Shown piece after piece: positions 1 through 11,419 of a stretch of DNA of 64,000 bases (position 1 is the stretch's first letter; the number at the start of each line of letters is the position of its first letter). This stretch comes from Escherichia coli. GTDB taxonomy: Bacteria > Pseudomonadota > Gammaproteobacteria > Enterobacterales > Enterobacteriaceae. The translations under genes were made by a program, and so were the position numbers. The notes under the pieces are model-generated. The model was not told the DNA's origin, did no database searches, and saw only the letters and a list, made by a program, of their open reading frames with translations. The stretch is from assembly GCF_050320075.1 (NCBI RefSeq), contig NZ_CP190018.1; one strand, written 5' to 3'.

Positions 1-1437
1 ATTGCGATAAAGCTGGGTTAATACCGAGCGTTCAAAACGGCTGGTGATTTCGTCCAGCGAACCTTCCATCGCATCTTCGCCCACGGCTACCGTTGCGGCG
101 TCATAATCCGGTAACAAAATATCCTGTGGACGCAGCTCATAACCGTCCAGTTGTGTCAGTGCGCGATAAATAGCGTTCTTTAACTGCCGCACATTTCCCG
201 GCCACGCATAACGCGTAAGTACAGTATTCAGGTCAGCGGCCAGTTTCGGACGCGGCACGCCCTGCTCGTCGGCAAAGCGGGCGACGAACAGCTCGGTTAA
301 CGGCATGATGTCCTGCGGACAGTCACGTAGCGGCGGCAGATTAAGCGTCAACACGTTCAGACGATAATAAAGATCTTCACGGAACACGCCTTTTTGCACC
401 AGTTCGACAAGATTCTTCTGCGTCGCGCAAATCACCCGCACATCGACATGCACCTCATGGTCTTCGCCAACCCGACGGAAAGTGCCATCATTAAGGAAAC
501 GCAGTAATTTCGCCTGCATCCGTGGTGACATCTCACCTATTTCATCCAACAGCACCGAACCACCGTTCGCCTGCTCAAAGAACCCTTTCTTCCCTTCCGG
601 AGCATGACCAAACAGTTCACTCTCGACCGCATCTTCCGGTATAGACGCACAGTTCAGCGCCAGATAGGGTTTGCCCGCGCGTGGGCTTGCCTGATGACAG
701 GCATATGCAAAGAGATCTTTTCCGGTGCCGGTATCACCGGTTATCAGCAATGGCGCGCTTAGCATCGCCAGTTTCTGCGCCTGTTCGACAACATGCTTCA
801 TTTTCGGGCTGACGGCGACAATTTGACTGAAGGCGCTGACGTCCTGGGCGGCGACATTTTGCAACTGACGACCCATACGAATCGTTGATCGCAACATCAC
901 CACCGCACCGGTCAGGACGTGTTGATCATTTTCATCCTGAAGATAAACAGGCGTAATCTCCATCAGGAAATTCTGTCCATTAATAACGACATGCTCGTTA
1001 TGGGAATCCTGCGGTTCGCTTTCCAGCCAGCGTAAAAAATTAAAGCCGTTAATCAATTGCGCGGCGGTATGGTTGCGCAGGCGATCCAATTTTTGCCCAA
1101 AAAGCTGACAGCTCGCCGGGTTCGCCATATCCACTTTGCTTTTCATATCGACAGAGAGCACAGGTTCAGGCAACGCTTCCAGTAACGCGCTCAACGCCAG
1201 ATGCTCACGTTCAGAAGGCATCCACGGGACAGTACGGACATCGGTAACACCTGCAATACGGCGTATTTCGGCCATCAGACTGCTGAAACTCTCAAACTCC
1301 AGTTCAGCAAAATTGAGGTAGATTCGCCCAATGGGATCAATCTCAATACCGCGTAAATCAATGCCTCTTAGCACGAGTAGATCGAGTAATTCGCGGGTCA
1401 GACCGAGTCGGTCTTCACAAAAGACTTCCAGACGCAT
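1..1437 (-). CDS. tyrR: Transcriptional regulator TyrR, sigma-54-interaction-domain family; N-terminal ~479 codons, 3' end lies beyond the window start
   Basis: Reverse-strand translation from the ATG near 1437 reads MRLEVFCEDRLGLTRELLDLLVLRGIDLRG..., matching the TyrR N-terminus; the frame stays open to position 1; position upstream of ycjF matches K-12 synteny. Confidence 0.9.
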   Translation of the reverse strand, partial: MRLEVFCEDRLGLTRELLDLLVLRGIDLRGIEIDPIGRIYLNFAELEFESFSSLMAEIRRIAGVTDVRTVPWMPSEREHLALSALLEALPEPVLSVDMKSKVDMANPASCQLFGQKLDRLRNHTAAQLINGFNFLRWLESEPQDSHNEHVVINGQNFLMEITPVYLQDENDQHVLTGAVVMLRSTIRMGRQLQNVAAQDVSAFSQIVAVSPKMKHVVEQAQKLAMLSAPLLITGDTGTGKDLFAYACHQASPRAGKPYLALNCASIPEDAVESELFGHAPEGKKGFFEQANGGSVLLDEIGEMSPRMQAKLLRFLNDGTFRRVGEDHEVHVDVRVICATQKNLVELVQKGVFREDLYYRLNVLTLNLPPLRDCPQDIMPLTELFVARFADEQGVPRPKLAADLNTVLTRYAWPGNVRQLKNAIYRALTQLDGYELRPQDILLPDYDAATVAVGEDAMEGSLDEITSRFERSVLTQLYRN

Positions 1438-1507
1438 GGGAACCTTCACCTGAAAAAAGAACAATTAATATGATGATATGACACTATTTGGATAGCAGGA
1501 AGGTTTC

Positions 1508-1525
1508 TGTCAACAATCATTGACA
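1508..1525. promoter_or_regulatory. Candidate TyrR box (TGTCAA-N6-TTGACA palindrome) in the tyrR promoter region
   Basis: Palindrome tgtcaacaatcattgaca seen in the tyrR–ycjF gap; resembles the TGTAAA-N6-TTTACA TyrR-box consensus; tyrR is known to be autoregulated. Coordinates approximate. Confidence 0.5.
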
Positions 1526-1584
1526 CAAAGACGGAAAAACGGGCACTTCGGCGTAAAGATATCCGGTCAGCACCCGATATTGCA

Positions 1585-2646
1585 TTATTTTTCGCTGGGC
1601 GTTTTGCCTTTTTGCAGAGTTTCTTTCACCTGACCGATAAGCTGACGACGGAAATCCCCGAGGCGTGGCTTGTCATCGTCAATCCACGGCAGCGGGCGGC
1701 AAAGCTCCATAGCTTTAATCCCCAGTCGTGCCGTCAGAAGTCCTGCACCAATCCCCTGAGCTGCGCGGGTAGACAAACGCGCAGCGAGATCTTGCGACAT
1801 CCAGTCCATCCCCACTTCGCGAACCAGTTCGCTGGCTCCGGCGAAAGCGATATTCAGCAATACCAGCTTGAACAGGCGCAAACGGCTGTAATACCCCAGT
1901 TCAATGCCATACAGCGTGGCGATGCGATTAATCAAACGCAGATTGCGCCAGGCGATAAATGCCATATCCACCAGCGCCAGCGGGCTAACGGCGATCATTA
2001 ACGTTGATTCCGCTGCCGAACGGCTGATTTCGCGCCGTGCCTGGGCATCTAAAACCGGCTGGACCAGATGAGCATACAGGCTGACCACTTCACGATCGTT
2101 CTGCGTTTCATGGATTGAGGCATACCAGCGTTGCAGCGCCGGATGCGACTGATCAATACCCGCCTGCTGCGCCAGTTTTTCGCAGAATGCACGGCCTTTA
2201 CCCGTGCCGTGACTGTGCAACAAATCGCGCGCTTCGTCGCGTTCATGGGCGCGCTGTCGCAAGCGCCATAAGCGCCGCCACTCTGTTACCACAGAACCTA
2301 CGCCAGCGCCGATAATCAATGCCCCAGCGGCACATCCACCCAGCGCCACCCAGTCCTGGGTTTGCCAGGCGTTCATTGTCCACTGTACACCCTGCCCGAC
2401 AACGCTTGCGCCAAACAGAGCCAACCCGCCCATCACCATTTTGCGCCACAGGCTGCGTTTCGGACGTAACGCTGCATCCATTACCGCTTCAACTTGCCCC
2501 TCTTCTTCCTGCGCTTCATCGAGCGTGGCCGGGGCAAAATTTTGCGCCTGATTTTCGTCAAAGGTCTGCTGCACCCTGAATTTTGGATTCTGATCGACCT
2601 CCAGTGGACCGTCGAAATCAATACGTGGTTTTAACGGTTCGGTCAT
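1585..2646 (-). CDS. ycjF: UPF0283 inner-membrane protein YcjF
   Basis: 353-aa ORF, same length and N-terminus ([13 protein letters not shown]...) as K-12 YcjF; overlaps the ycjX stop by 4 nt. Confidence 0.9.
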   Translation of the reverse strand: MTEPLKPRIDFDGPLEVDQNPKFRVQQTFDENQAQNFAPATLDEAQEEEGQVEAVMDAALRPKRSLWRKMVMGGLALFGASVVGQGVQWTMNAWQTQDWVALGGCAAGALIIGAGVGSVVTEWRRLWRLRQRAHERDEARDLLHSHGTGKGRAFCEKLAQQAGIDQSHPALQRWYASIHETQNDREVVSLYAHLVQPVLDAQARREISRSAAESTLMIAVSPLALVDMAFIAWRNLRLINRIATLYGIELGYYSRLRLFKLVLLNIAFAGASELVREVGMDWMSQDLAARLSTRAAQGIGAGLLTARLGIKAMELCRPLPWIDDDKPRLGDFRRQLIGQVKETLQKGKTPSEK

Positions 2647-4040
2647 CGCAATTTATCTCCTATTAAAAATTCCAGCGCAGCATCAAGGCGAATATGCGGC
2701 AGCGGTTTGTCGACATCCATCACCTGCGGACGAAACGCCTCAAACTGGAAGCCTTGCTTATCCCAGAACGCCTGACCAGGCAAACGTGCGGGAACTTCGC
2801 CAGGATAAACAGTGAGCGGTGCGCCATCACTGAGTCGATTACCGCGCAGCGCCGGGATTTTCTCACCGTTAACATCAATAATGCCGCTGGTGGTCGCCTG
2901 AACTGACGCCAGCCCCAGGCAGTCCATGCTGATCCCTTCGAACGCCGCATTTTGCCAGGCATCCTGAATTAGTTGTTGCAGTAATGAAACCATATTGGCG
3001 TGCTGATCGATGGTCACATGGTCTGCTTTAGTCGCAGCAAACAATAGCTTATCGATAACCGGCGAAAACAAACGCCGGAACAGGGTTCGCTGCCCGTAGT
3101 GGAAACTTTGCATCAGCTGCGTCAGCGCCAGACGCATATCATTAAATGCCTGTGGCCCACTGTTGAGAGGCTGCAGGCAATCCACCAGCACAATCTGGCG
3201 GTCAAAGCGCAGAAAATGATTCTTATAGAACCCCTTCACCACCTTCTCGCAATAATAATTAAAGCGCTCGCGCAGCATTCCGGCATTGGTATGCTTATCG
3301 GCCTGCGCCAGTTTGGACTCGCCCCAGGCATCGACATCCGGCCACGGGAAGAATTGCAGCGCGGGTGCTCCTGCCATATCTCCCGGCAAGACAAAGCGCC
3401 CAGGCTGAATAAAGTGCAACCCCTGCTGTTTGCAGTGGTGGAGATACTCGGTCCAGGCGGCGGCAATGTCTGCCAGCCGGTTTTCGTCGGCAGGCGCTAG
3501 CGGGTCCAGCCCTTCGCACATCATTCGCCATTTCGCCGACCATTCGCCGCGCTGACCATTGAGTAAGCCCGTCATCTGGCGCGACCAGCTTAAATAGTCC
3601 TGCGCCAGCATCGGCAGGTCGAGCAACCATTCGCCGGGGTAATCCACAATTTCCAGATACAGCGTGGAGGTGTCCTTAAAGTGGCGTAGCAGCGAATCGT
3701 TCGATTTAAAACGTAACGCCAGGCGAATTTCACTGACGCCGCGCGTAGGCGTCGGCCAGGCGGGAGGATCGCCATATAACTGCGCCAACCCTTCATCATA
3801 GGTGAAGCGCGGAATGCCAAAGTCACGCTGGGGAATGCGTTTTACGCCCAGCAGGCGCTCTTCACGCACCGCACTTAAAAGCGGCAAACGTGCTCCGGCA
3901 TGAATATTGAGCAACTGATTAACCATCGCGGTGATAAACGCTGTTTTGCCGCTGCGGCTAAGTCCGGTTACAGCGAGGCGCAGATGTCTGTCGACACCCC
4001 GATTCACCAGCGCATTAAGTTCATTTTTAAGTCGCTTCAT
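2643..4040 (-). CDS. ycjX: P-loop NTPase YcjX (DUF463)
   Basis: 465-aa ORF; Walker A motif GLSRSGKT near the N-terminus; synteny with ycjF. Confidence 0.9.
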   Translation of the reverse strand: MKRLKNELNALVNRGVDRHLRLAVTGLSRSGKTAFITAMVNQLLNIHAGARLPLLSAVREERLLGVKRIPQRDFGIPRFTYDEGLAQLYGDPPAWPTPTRGVSEIRLALRFKSNDSLLRHFKDTSTLYLEIVDYPGEWLLDLPMLAQDYLSWSRQMTGLLNGQRGEWSAKWRMMCEGLDPLAPADENRLADIAAAWTEYLHHCKQQGLHFIQPGRFVLPGDMAGAPALQFFPWPDVDAWGESKLAQADKHTNAGMLRERFNYYCEKVVKGFYKNHFLRFDRQIVLVDCLQPLNSGPQAFNDMRLALTQLMQSFHYGQRTLFRRLFSPVIDKLLFAATKADHVTIDQHANMVSLLQQLIQDAWQNAAFEGISMDCLGLASVQATTSGIIDVNGEKIPALRGNRLSDGAPLTVYPGEVPARLPGQAFWDKQGFQFEAFRPQVMDVDKPLPHIRLDAALEFLIGDKLR

Positions 4041-4158
4041 TGCTGTCCTGTGCCAGAAAGCTGTAGAAAGGATTAGATACTGGAGATAATAATGTGGGTT
4101 AATTTTGATTTATCAAATGAGTAAGCGGCGTTGTTTACACCGCTCAATAAGTAATTTG

Positions 4159-4473
4159 TTAACCTTTGACCTTCGGCATTGCGATGTCTTTCAGGCCGCC
4201 GGCGTTCTCAACGTGGGTATATCCCATCTCGCTAAGGATCTCTTTTGCCTGCCCTGACTGGCGTCCGGCATTGCAATACACTTTCACGGTGTCGTTTTTA
4301 TCCGGAACGGCGGTGGCAATGCGCTCTTTCACTTCCTTCAGGGGAATATTGATGGCTCCCTGAACGTGCTCTTGCTGATACTGCTCTGGAACACGAACAT
4401 CGATCCAGTGTTCAGCGGCGAAAACGGGCAGTGAAAACACCAGTGTCAGAGCAAGTAAGCCTTTTTTAAACAT
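4159..4473 (-). CDS. pspE: Periplasmic rhodanese (thiosulfate sulfurtransferase) PspE
   Basis: 104-aa ORF with signal peptide and rhodanese active-site region (VYCNAGRQS); last gene of the psp cluster. Confidence 0.9.
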   Translation of the reverse strand: MFKKGLLALTLVFSLPVFAAEHWIDVRVPEQYQQEHVQGAINIPLKEVKERIATAVPDKNDTVKVYCNAGRQSGQAKEILSEMGYTHVENAGGLKDIAMPKVKG

Positions 4474-4547
4474 GTAAGCGTCCTTCTATGGATGAAAATT
4501 GCCATCCATAATATGCCTTAGCTTTAACAATTTTTGCGAAACTCCCC

Positions 4548-4769
4548 TCACCTTTTATAACGCTGCGCCAGTTTATTGGCAGCCCGACTTAACAGCGGTT
4601 CCAGCGCCACGGCCAGCAACATTTTCAGTGGTCGGCGAGCAACTGATTTTATCGCCCAGCCAGCTACACCCGCCGGGCCATAGCGCAGTGCGGTAAGAAG
4701 TACCAGCTTGCCTGCTAATTTGAAACCAGGCTTCACCTTTTGCCCGGCCTGTTGCCAGCGAGTATTCAT
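4548..4769 (-). CDS. pspD: Phage-shock protein D
   Basis: In-frame start at [20 protein letters not shown]... gives 73 aa, matching K-12 PspD. Confidence 0.85.
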
Positions 4770-4777
4770 AACTTTCC

Positions 4778-5137
4778 TCACAGTTGACGGAAACGGCTAC
4801 GTAACGTGAAAGTATCGGAAGTGACATAACGTTCCATCTCGCGTAAACGCGTTTCACTTGCCGCCAGTTCACGGTCGACTTCATCCAGCAATTCACTGCT
4901 GGAAGGTAGCTGCTCACCAAAGGCCATGTTGTCCGGCATTGGATCAAGCGCAAATGACAAAATGATGTAAGCAACCAGGGTAAACAGCGCCAGACCGAAG
5001 AAAATCGACAGCACCACCAGGATACGCACCAGTTTTACTGGTACATCAAAATAGTTGGCAATCCCGGCGCAGACGCCACGGACCATGCCCTGCTGTGGAA
5101 TACGCCATAATTTTTTATTGAGATTAATGCCCGCCAT
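4778..5137 (-). CDS. pspC: Phage-shock protein C
   Basis: 119 aa, [30 protein letters not shown]...; PspC domain. Confidence 0.9.
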
Positions 5138-5361
5138 TAGCGATCCCTCCAGTTCGGATGTTCTGCATCAAGAATGGATTCCAGCGCCTGAATACGTTCG
5201 CGCATCCGTTTTGCTTCATCAGCCAGTTGCGCTAATCGCTGCTGCTCACTTTGCGACAATTCACTGCGACCAGAACGATTGCTGTAATGCAGCCATAACC
5301 AGATCGGTAAAACAAACAGCACAAAAATGGTTAACGGAATAGCCAGAAATAGCGCGCTCAT
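5137..5361 (-). CDS. pspB: Phage-shock protein B
   Basis: 74 aa, MSALFLAIPLTIFVLFVLPIWLWLHY...; overlaps the pspC start. Confidence 0.9.
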   Translation of the reverse strand: MSALFLAIPLTIFVLFVLPIWLWLHYSNRSGRSELSQSEQQRLAQLADEAKRMRERIQALESILDAEHPNWRDR

Positions 5362-5414
5362 AAGGACTCCTTAGACGATGAGCGGCGGCGCGTTCAGACG
5401 CCGCCTGGATGTTA

Positions 5415-6155
<741 letters not shown>

Positions 6156-6249
6156 TTATCTTTTTGATTTATAAAGATCTGATTGAAGAATCAACAGCAA
6201 CATGCCAGGATGAGTTAGCGAATTACACTAACAAGTGGCGAATTTCATC

Positions 6250-7227
6250 ATGGCAGAATACAAAGATAATTTACTCGGTGAGGCGAACAGCTTTCTCGAA
6301 GTGCTGGAACAGGTTTCGCATCTCGCACCGCTGGACAAACCGGTGCTCATCATCGGCGAGCGCGGCACAGGTAAAGAGCTGATTGCCAGCCGTCTGCATT
6401 ATCTCTCCTCCCGTTGGCAGGGGCCGTTTATTTCCCTTAACTGCGCGGCGTTAAATGAAAATCTGCTGGATTCCGAACTGTTTGGTCACGAAGCGGGCGC
6501 GTTTACCGGTGCGCAAAAACGTCATCCAGGGAGATTTGAACGTGCCGACGGCGGTACGCTATTTCTTGATGAACTCGCTACGGCACCGATGATGGTGCAG
6601 GAGAAATTATTGCGCGTGATTGAGTACGGTGAACTGGAGCGCGTTGGCGGCAGCCAGCCATTGCAGGTGAATGTGCGGTTGGTATGCGCGACGAATGCCG
6701 ATCTCCCGGCGATGGTCAATGAAGGTACTTTTCGCGCTGACCTGCTCGACCGGCTGGCTTTCGATGTAGTGCAACTGCCGCCCCTGCGCGAGCGCGAAAG
6801 CGACATTATGCTGATGGCAGAACACTTTGCCATTCAGATGTGTCGGGAAATCAAGCTGCCTCTGTTCCCGGGGTTTACGGAGCGCGCCAGAGAAACATTG
6901 CTGAATTATCGCTGGCCGGGAAATATTCGTGAATTGAAAAACGTGGTGGAACGTTCAGTATATCGCCACGGCACCAGCGATTATCCGCTTGATGACATTA
7001 TTATTGATCCCTTTAAACGGCGTCCGCCTGAAGACGCTATCGCCGTTTCAGAAACCACCTCGCTTCCAACACTGCCGCTGGATTTACGTGAGTTTCAGAT
7101 GCAGCAGGAAAAAGAGTTGCTGCAACTCAGTTTGCAACAAGGGAAATATAACCAGAAGCGCGCAGCTGAATTGCTGGGGTTAACCTATCATCAGTTCCGC
7201 GCGTTGTTGAAAAAGCACCAGATTTAG
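6250..7227 (+). CDS. pspF: Sigma-54-dependent activator PspF (AAA+ enhancer-binding protein)
   Basis: Track ORF 6235..7227 begins at a GTG; the in-frame ATG at 6250 (MAEYKDNLLGEANSFLEV...) gives 325 aa as in K-12; GAFTGA motif present; divergent from pspA. Confidence 0.9.
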   Translation: MAEYKDNLLGEANSFLEVLEQVSHLAPLDKPVLIIGERGTGKELIASRLHYLSSRWQGPFISLNCAALNENLLDSELFGHEAGAFTGAQKRHPGRFERADGGTLFLDELATAPMMVQEKLLRVIEYGELERVGGSQPLQVNVRLVCATNADLPAMVNEGTFRADLLDRLAFDVVQLPPLRERESDIMLMAEHFAIQMCREIKLPLFPGFTERARETLLNYRWPGNIRELKNVVERSVYRHGTSDYPLDDIIIDPFKRRPPEDAIAVSETTSLPTLPLDLREFQMQQEKELLQLSLQQGKYNQKRAAELLGLTYHQFRALLKKHQI

Positions 7228-7248
7228 CGAAGTTGGGCAATACAACTT

Positions 7249-7330
7249 GCCGGATGCGGCGTGAATGCTTTGTCCGGCATACATAATCAATACGTCGTTT
7301 GCAGGCCTGATAAGCGCAGCGCATCAGACA
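7249..7330. repeat. Two REP (repetitive extragenic palindromic) units forming a BIME between pspF and puuE
   Basis: gccggatgcggcgtgaatgctttgtccggcatac and gcaggcctgataagcgcagcgcatcag match the canonical E. coli REP consensus in opposite orientations. Coordinates approximate. Confidence 0.7.
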
Positions 7331-7346
7331 TTATTGCGTTGGGCTA

Positions 7347-8612
7347 TTAATCGTTCAGCGCATCCTGCAATATTTTCATTGCCGCATCGAATTGCGCATC
7401 CGGGATGGTCAGCGGATACAGGAAACGAATCACGTTGCCGTATGCGCCACAGGTCAGCAGAAGCAGCCCCTGCGCCAGCGCGCGTTGCTGGATTTTCTGT
7501 GCAATCGCCGCTGACGGCTCGCCCGTTTGCGGATCGTTAAACTCTGCCGCAATCATAGACCCCAGACCGCGTACCGCCGCGATGGACGGAACGCTTTCTT
7601 TGGCATCAATCAGCGTGTTTGTCAGACGCTGGCCCAGTTGATTCGCGCGTTCGCAGAGTGATTCTTTGTCGATAATGTTGAGCACCGCGTGCGCGGCAGC
7701 CACCGCCAGCGGGTTCCCGGCGTAGGTACCACCAAGCCCGCCCGGCGCGGGTGCGTCCATAATGTTGGCATTACCGACCACGCCCGAAAGCGGCATCCCG
7801 CCCGCGAGGCTTTTCGCCATCGTCATTAAATCCGGCTTATCGGCGTAGTGATCCATGGCAAACAGTTTACCGGTACGCGCAAAGCCGCTTTGCACTTCAT
7901 CGGCAATCATCACAATGCCGTGATCGTCGCACAGGCGGCGAATGGCGGCAACCAGCTCTTTTGGTGCAACGTTGAAACCGCCTTCGCCCTGCACCGGTTC
8001 GAAAATAATCGCCGCCACCTGCTTCGCTTCAATGTCCGATTTAAACAAGCGTTCGATGGCGTCGAGGGAGTCCTGCGTTGAAATGCCGTGTAAATCTGAC
8101 GGATAAGGTACGTGATATACCGAACCGGGGAACGGGCCGAAGCCGATTTTGTACGGCGCGACCTTTCCGGTCAGCGCCATAGTCATATATGTACGACCGT
8201 GGAAGCCGCCGCTAAACGCAATCACGCCAGGGCGTCCGGTATGGGCGCGGGCGATTTTCACCGCGTTCTCAACCGCTTCCGCACCGGTGGTGAAGAACGC
8301 AGTTTTAGCCTGCCCGCTCACCGGGGCAAGGGCGTTAATTTTCTCCGCCAGCGTGACGTAGCTTTCGTACGGCACAATCTGATACGCCGTGTGGGTAAAC
8401 TGTTGCAATTGCTGCTCCACCGCCGCGACCAGATCAGGGTGGCGATGCCCGGTATTCAGCACCGCAATGCCTGCGGCGAAATCGATATATTCGTTGCCCT
8501 CTACATCCTTCAGCGTAGCGTTTTCTGCCGACTGGGCGAAGAAGTTACACATCACGCCAACCCCGCGTGGGGTAGCAGAAAGACGACGCTGATGGAATTC
8601 ATTGTTGCTCAT
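7347..8612 (-). CDS. puuE: 4-aminobutyrate aminotransferase (PLP-dependent), putrescine utilisation pathway
   Basis: 421 aa, MSNNEFHQRRLSATPRGVGVM...; class-III aminotransferase; position after puuB. Confidence 0.9.
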   Translation of the reverse strand: MSNNEFHQRRLSATPRGVGVMCNFFAQSAENATLKDVEGNEYIDFAAGIAVLNTGHRHPDLVAAVEQQLQQFTHTAYQIVPYESYVTLAEKINALAPVSGQAKTAFFTTGAEAVENAVKIARAHTGRPGVIAFSGGFHGRTYMTMALTGKVAPYKIGFGPFPGSVYHVPYPSDLHGISTQDSLDAIERLFKSDIEAKQVAAIIFEPVQGEGGFNVAPKELVAAIRRLCDDHGIVMIADEVQSGFARTGKLFAMDHYADKPDLMTMAKSLAGGMPLSGVVGNANIMDAPAPGGLGGTYAGNPLAVAAAHAVLNIIDKESLCERANQLGQRLTNTLIDAKESVPSIAAVRGLGSMIAAEFNDPQTGEPSAAIAQKIQQRALAQGLLLLTCGAYGNVIRFLYPLTIPDAQFDAAMKILQDALND

Positions 8613-8649
8613 GTTTCACACCTTTTGACTCTTCACTGTTAATCGGAAA

Positions 8650-9930
8650 TTAAACGCCCAGACGATCGCGCAGGCTGTAATAAGCCGCGCCCATCGCGGT
8701 AAACGGAACGCGCAGCGTGCGCCCGCCGGGGAACGGGTAATGCGGCAGATTGGCGAAGGCGTCGAAGCGTTCGGCGTCACCGCGCAGCAGTTCAACAATC
8801 AAACGCCCGGCAAGATGGGTACAGGTGACGCCGTGGCCGCTGTAACCCTGCATGTAATAGATGTTGGTATCAAGGCGACCGAACTGCGGCATGCGCGACA
8901 AGGTCAGCAGGAAGTTGCCCGTCCAGCGGTAATCAATTTTCACGCCCTTCAGCTGCGGGAAGGTTTTCAGCAGTTTCGGCACCACAAGGCGCTCAACGTC
9001 ATCCGGGTCGCGCGCGCCGTAGACCACACCGCCGCCGTACAGCAGGCGGTTATCGGCGGTAAGACGGTAGTAATCAAGCAGATAGTTACAGTCTTCCACA
9101 CAGTAGTTTTTCGGGATCAGCGAACGGGCTAAATCTTCCGACAGCCGTTCAGTGGTGATCACCTGCGTGCCGCACGGCATGCTGCGTTTCGCCAGTTCCG
9201 GCTCTACTTTATCGCCCAGATACGCATTCCCGGCGACAATCACATACTTCGCCGTCACCTGACCATTGGCAGTCCGCACCACGGCTGGCGTGGTGTGCTG
9301 GATCTGCGTCACGGCGGAAAGCTCATACACGCGCCCTCCGTTCAGGCGGATGGCATCGGCTTCACCAATGGCGAGGTTTAGCGGGTGAATATGCCCACCG
9401 CTGTGATCCAGAAGCGCACCAGTGTAGCGATCGCTGGCGACCTCGCGGCGAATAGCGTTGGCGTCCAGCAGCTCCAGCTGTTTATTGCCGTAGCGTTCCC
9501 AGTTCTCTTTCTGCTCTTCCAGAGTCGCGAGCTGTTTATCATTCATCGCCACAAACAGGCCGCCGGGGCGGTAGTCGCAATCAATCTGATAACGTTTGAT
9601 ACGTTCGCGGATGATCTCGCCGCCTTCGAACATCATGCTGCCGAGCATACGGGCGGTGTCCATGCCGTAGCTTTTTTCAATGACGTCGATGTCGCGGCTG
9701 TAGGAGTTCACAAGCTGCCCGCCGTTGCGTCCGCTTGCGCCGAAGCCGATGCGTGAGGCTTCAAGAACCACCACGTCAAAGCCCGCTTCCGCCAGATGCA
9801 GCGCGGAGGAAAGCCCGGTATAGCCGCCGCCGACCACGCAAACATCGCAGGAAATCGACTCATTCAGCGTGTCGAATGGTGCGTATTTATTCGCACTGGC
9901 GGCGTAATAACTGCTGGTATGTTCGGTCAT
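8650..9930 (-). CDS. puuB: Gamma-glutamylputrescine oxidase (FAD-dependent)
   Basis: 426 aa with N-terminal FAD-binding motif VCVVGGGYTGLSSA. Confidence 0.9.
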   Translation of the reverse strand: MTEHTSSYYAASANKYAPFDTLNESISCDVCVVGGGYTGLSSALHLAEAGFDVVVLEASRIGFGASGRNGGQLVNSYSRDIDVIEKSYGMDTARMLGSMMFEGGEIIRERIKRYQIDCDYRPGGLFVAMNDKQLATLEEQKENWERYGNKQLELLDANAIRREVASDRYTGALLDHSGGHIHPLNLAIGEADAIRLNGGRVYELSAVTQIQHTTPAVVRTANGQVTAKYVIVAGNAYLGDKVEPELAKRSMPCGTQVITTERLSEDLARSLIPKNYCVEDCNYLLDYYRLTADNRLLYGGGVVYGARDPDDVERLVVPKLLKTFPQLKGVKIDYRWTGNFLLTLSRMPQFGRLDTNIYYMQGYSGHGVTCTHLAGRLIVELLRGDAERFDAFANLPHYPFPGGRTLRVPFTAMGAAYYSLRDRLGV

Positions 9931-9931
9931 T

Positions 9932-11419
9932 TCAGGCCTCCAGGCTTATCCAGATAGTTTTCAGTTCGGTGAATTTTTCAAGGGCGTGCAGGGATTTGTC
10001 GCGACCATTGCCGCTCTGCTTATAGCCGCCAAACGGCACGGTCATATCGCCGTCGTTGTAGTTATTGACAAAGACGGAACCGGCTTTCAGGCGACGGCTC
10101 ATGCGGTGCGCGCGGGAGAGGTCGCGCGTCCATACTGCCGCGCCAAGTCCGTACTGGCTGTCGTTAGCAAGCTGTAGCGCCTGTTCTTCTGATGTGAAAC
10201 GCGTGACCACCAGCACTGGACCGAAAATCTCTTCGCGGCTTAAGGACGCATTCGGGTCTACATCCACAAAGATCGTCGGGCCGATGGCGGCAGCCAGCTC
10301 GGCGTTACGGCCATCCAGCAGCAGTTGCCCTTTGCTTTCGCCTTCACGAATAAAGCTATGGACCGAGTCGGCGTGGGCGCAGTCGATTAAGGTGCCCATG
10401 GTGGTTGCGGGATCAAGTGGATGGCCCGGCTGCCAGTTTTGCGCCTGCTGTTTTAACAGGTCTAAGAATTCATCGGCGATGCTCTCTTCCAGCAACAGGC
10501 GCGTTCCGGCGATACACACCTGCCCCTGGTTGTAGAAGATGCCTGCTGCGGTCGCGCTCGCCGCTTTTTGCAAATCCGGACAGTCAGCGAAAACGATGTT
10601 GGCGCTTTTGCCGCCCGCTTCCAGCCAGACGCGTTTCATGTTGCTGTCGCCTGCATCTTTCAGCAGCTGTTTCCCGGTACGGGTCGAACCGGTAAAGGCG
10701 ATGGCATCGATATCGTTATGACGCGACAGCGCCTGCCCCGCTTCATGACCAAAACCCGTCACCACGTTCAACACGCCATCCGGCAGACCTGCTTCTTTCG
10801 CCAGCCCGGCGAGACGAATCGCACTGAGCGGTGATTTTTCAGACGGTTTTAGGATCACGCTGTTTCCCGCCGCCAGCGCCGGGCCGAGTTTCCAGCAAGT
10901 CAGCAGCAGCGGGAAGTTCCACGGCACGATGGCGGCAATCACGCCGACCGGTTCACGCACGATCATCGCCAGCTCATGGCTACTGGTGGTCGCCACTTCG
11001 CCATACACTTTGTCGATAGCCTCGGTGTACCAGCGAATGGCGCGCGCCGCGCCGGGAATATCATCACGCAGGCTGTGACGAATCGGTTTGCCGGTGTCGA
11101 GCGTTTCCAGCAGCGCCAGCTCTTCGGCGTTGGCTTCCATAAAATCGGCGAGTTTATTCAGTACCGCTTTACGTTTAGCCGGAGAAGAGAGTGACCAGTC
11201 GCCGCGTTCAAATACGCCGCGTGCTGCGCTCACCGCACGGTCGATATCGACGCTCTTGCCGCGGGCAATTTTCGCCAGCGGTGCCTGGGTGACCGGATCA
11301 ACGGTTTCAAAAGTTTCATTTTCCGCCGCAGCAGTATATTCACCGTTAATAAATAAGCGGGTTTCAATGGCGAGACTTAACGCTTTATCCTGCCAGTAAG
11401 CCAGATGATGAAAATTCAT
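9932..11419 (-). CDS. puuC: Gamma-glutamyl-gamma-aminobutyraldehyde dehydrogenase (NAD(P)-dependent aldehyde dehydrogenase)
   Basis: Track ORF extends to 11515, but the in-frame ATG at 11419 (MNFHHLAYWQDKALSLAIETRLFINGEY...) gives 495 aa as in K-12 PuuC. Confidence 0.9.
   Translation of the reverse strand: MNFHHLAYWQDKALSLAIETRLFINGEYTAAAENETFETVDPVTQAPLAKIARGKSVDIDRAVSAARGVFERGDWSLSSPAKRKAVLNKLADFMEANAEELALLETLDTGKPIRHSLRDDIPGAARAIRWYTEAIDKVYGEVATTSSHELAMIVREPVGVIAAIVPWNFPLLLTCWKLGPALAAGNSVILKPSEKSPLSAIRLAGLAKEAGLPDGVLNVVTGFGHEAGQALSRHNDIDAIAFTGSTRTGKQLLKDAGDSNMKRVWLEAGGKSANIVFADCPDLQKAASATAAGIFYNQGQVCIAGTRLLLEESIADEFLDLLKQQAQNWQPGHPLDPATTMGTLIDCAHADSVHSFIREGESKGQLLLDGRNAELAAAIGPTIFVDVDPNASLSREEIFGPVLVVTRFTSEEQALQLANDSQYGLGAAVWTRDLSRAHRMSRRLKAGSVFVNNYNDGDMTVPFGGYKQSGNGRDKSLHALEKFTELKTIWISLEA

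Noticed and set aside
8112-8642. 176-aa ORF on the plus strand
   Set aside because: Lies entirely antisense within puuE, which is a confident, full-length, conserved gene; no independent start context; typical shadow ORF in GC-rich coding DNA.
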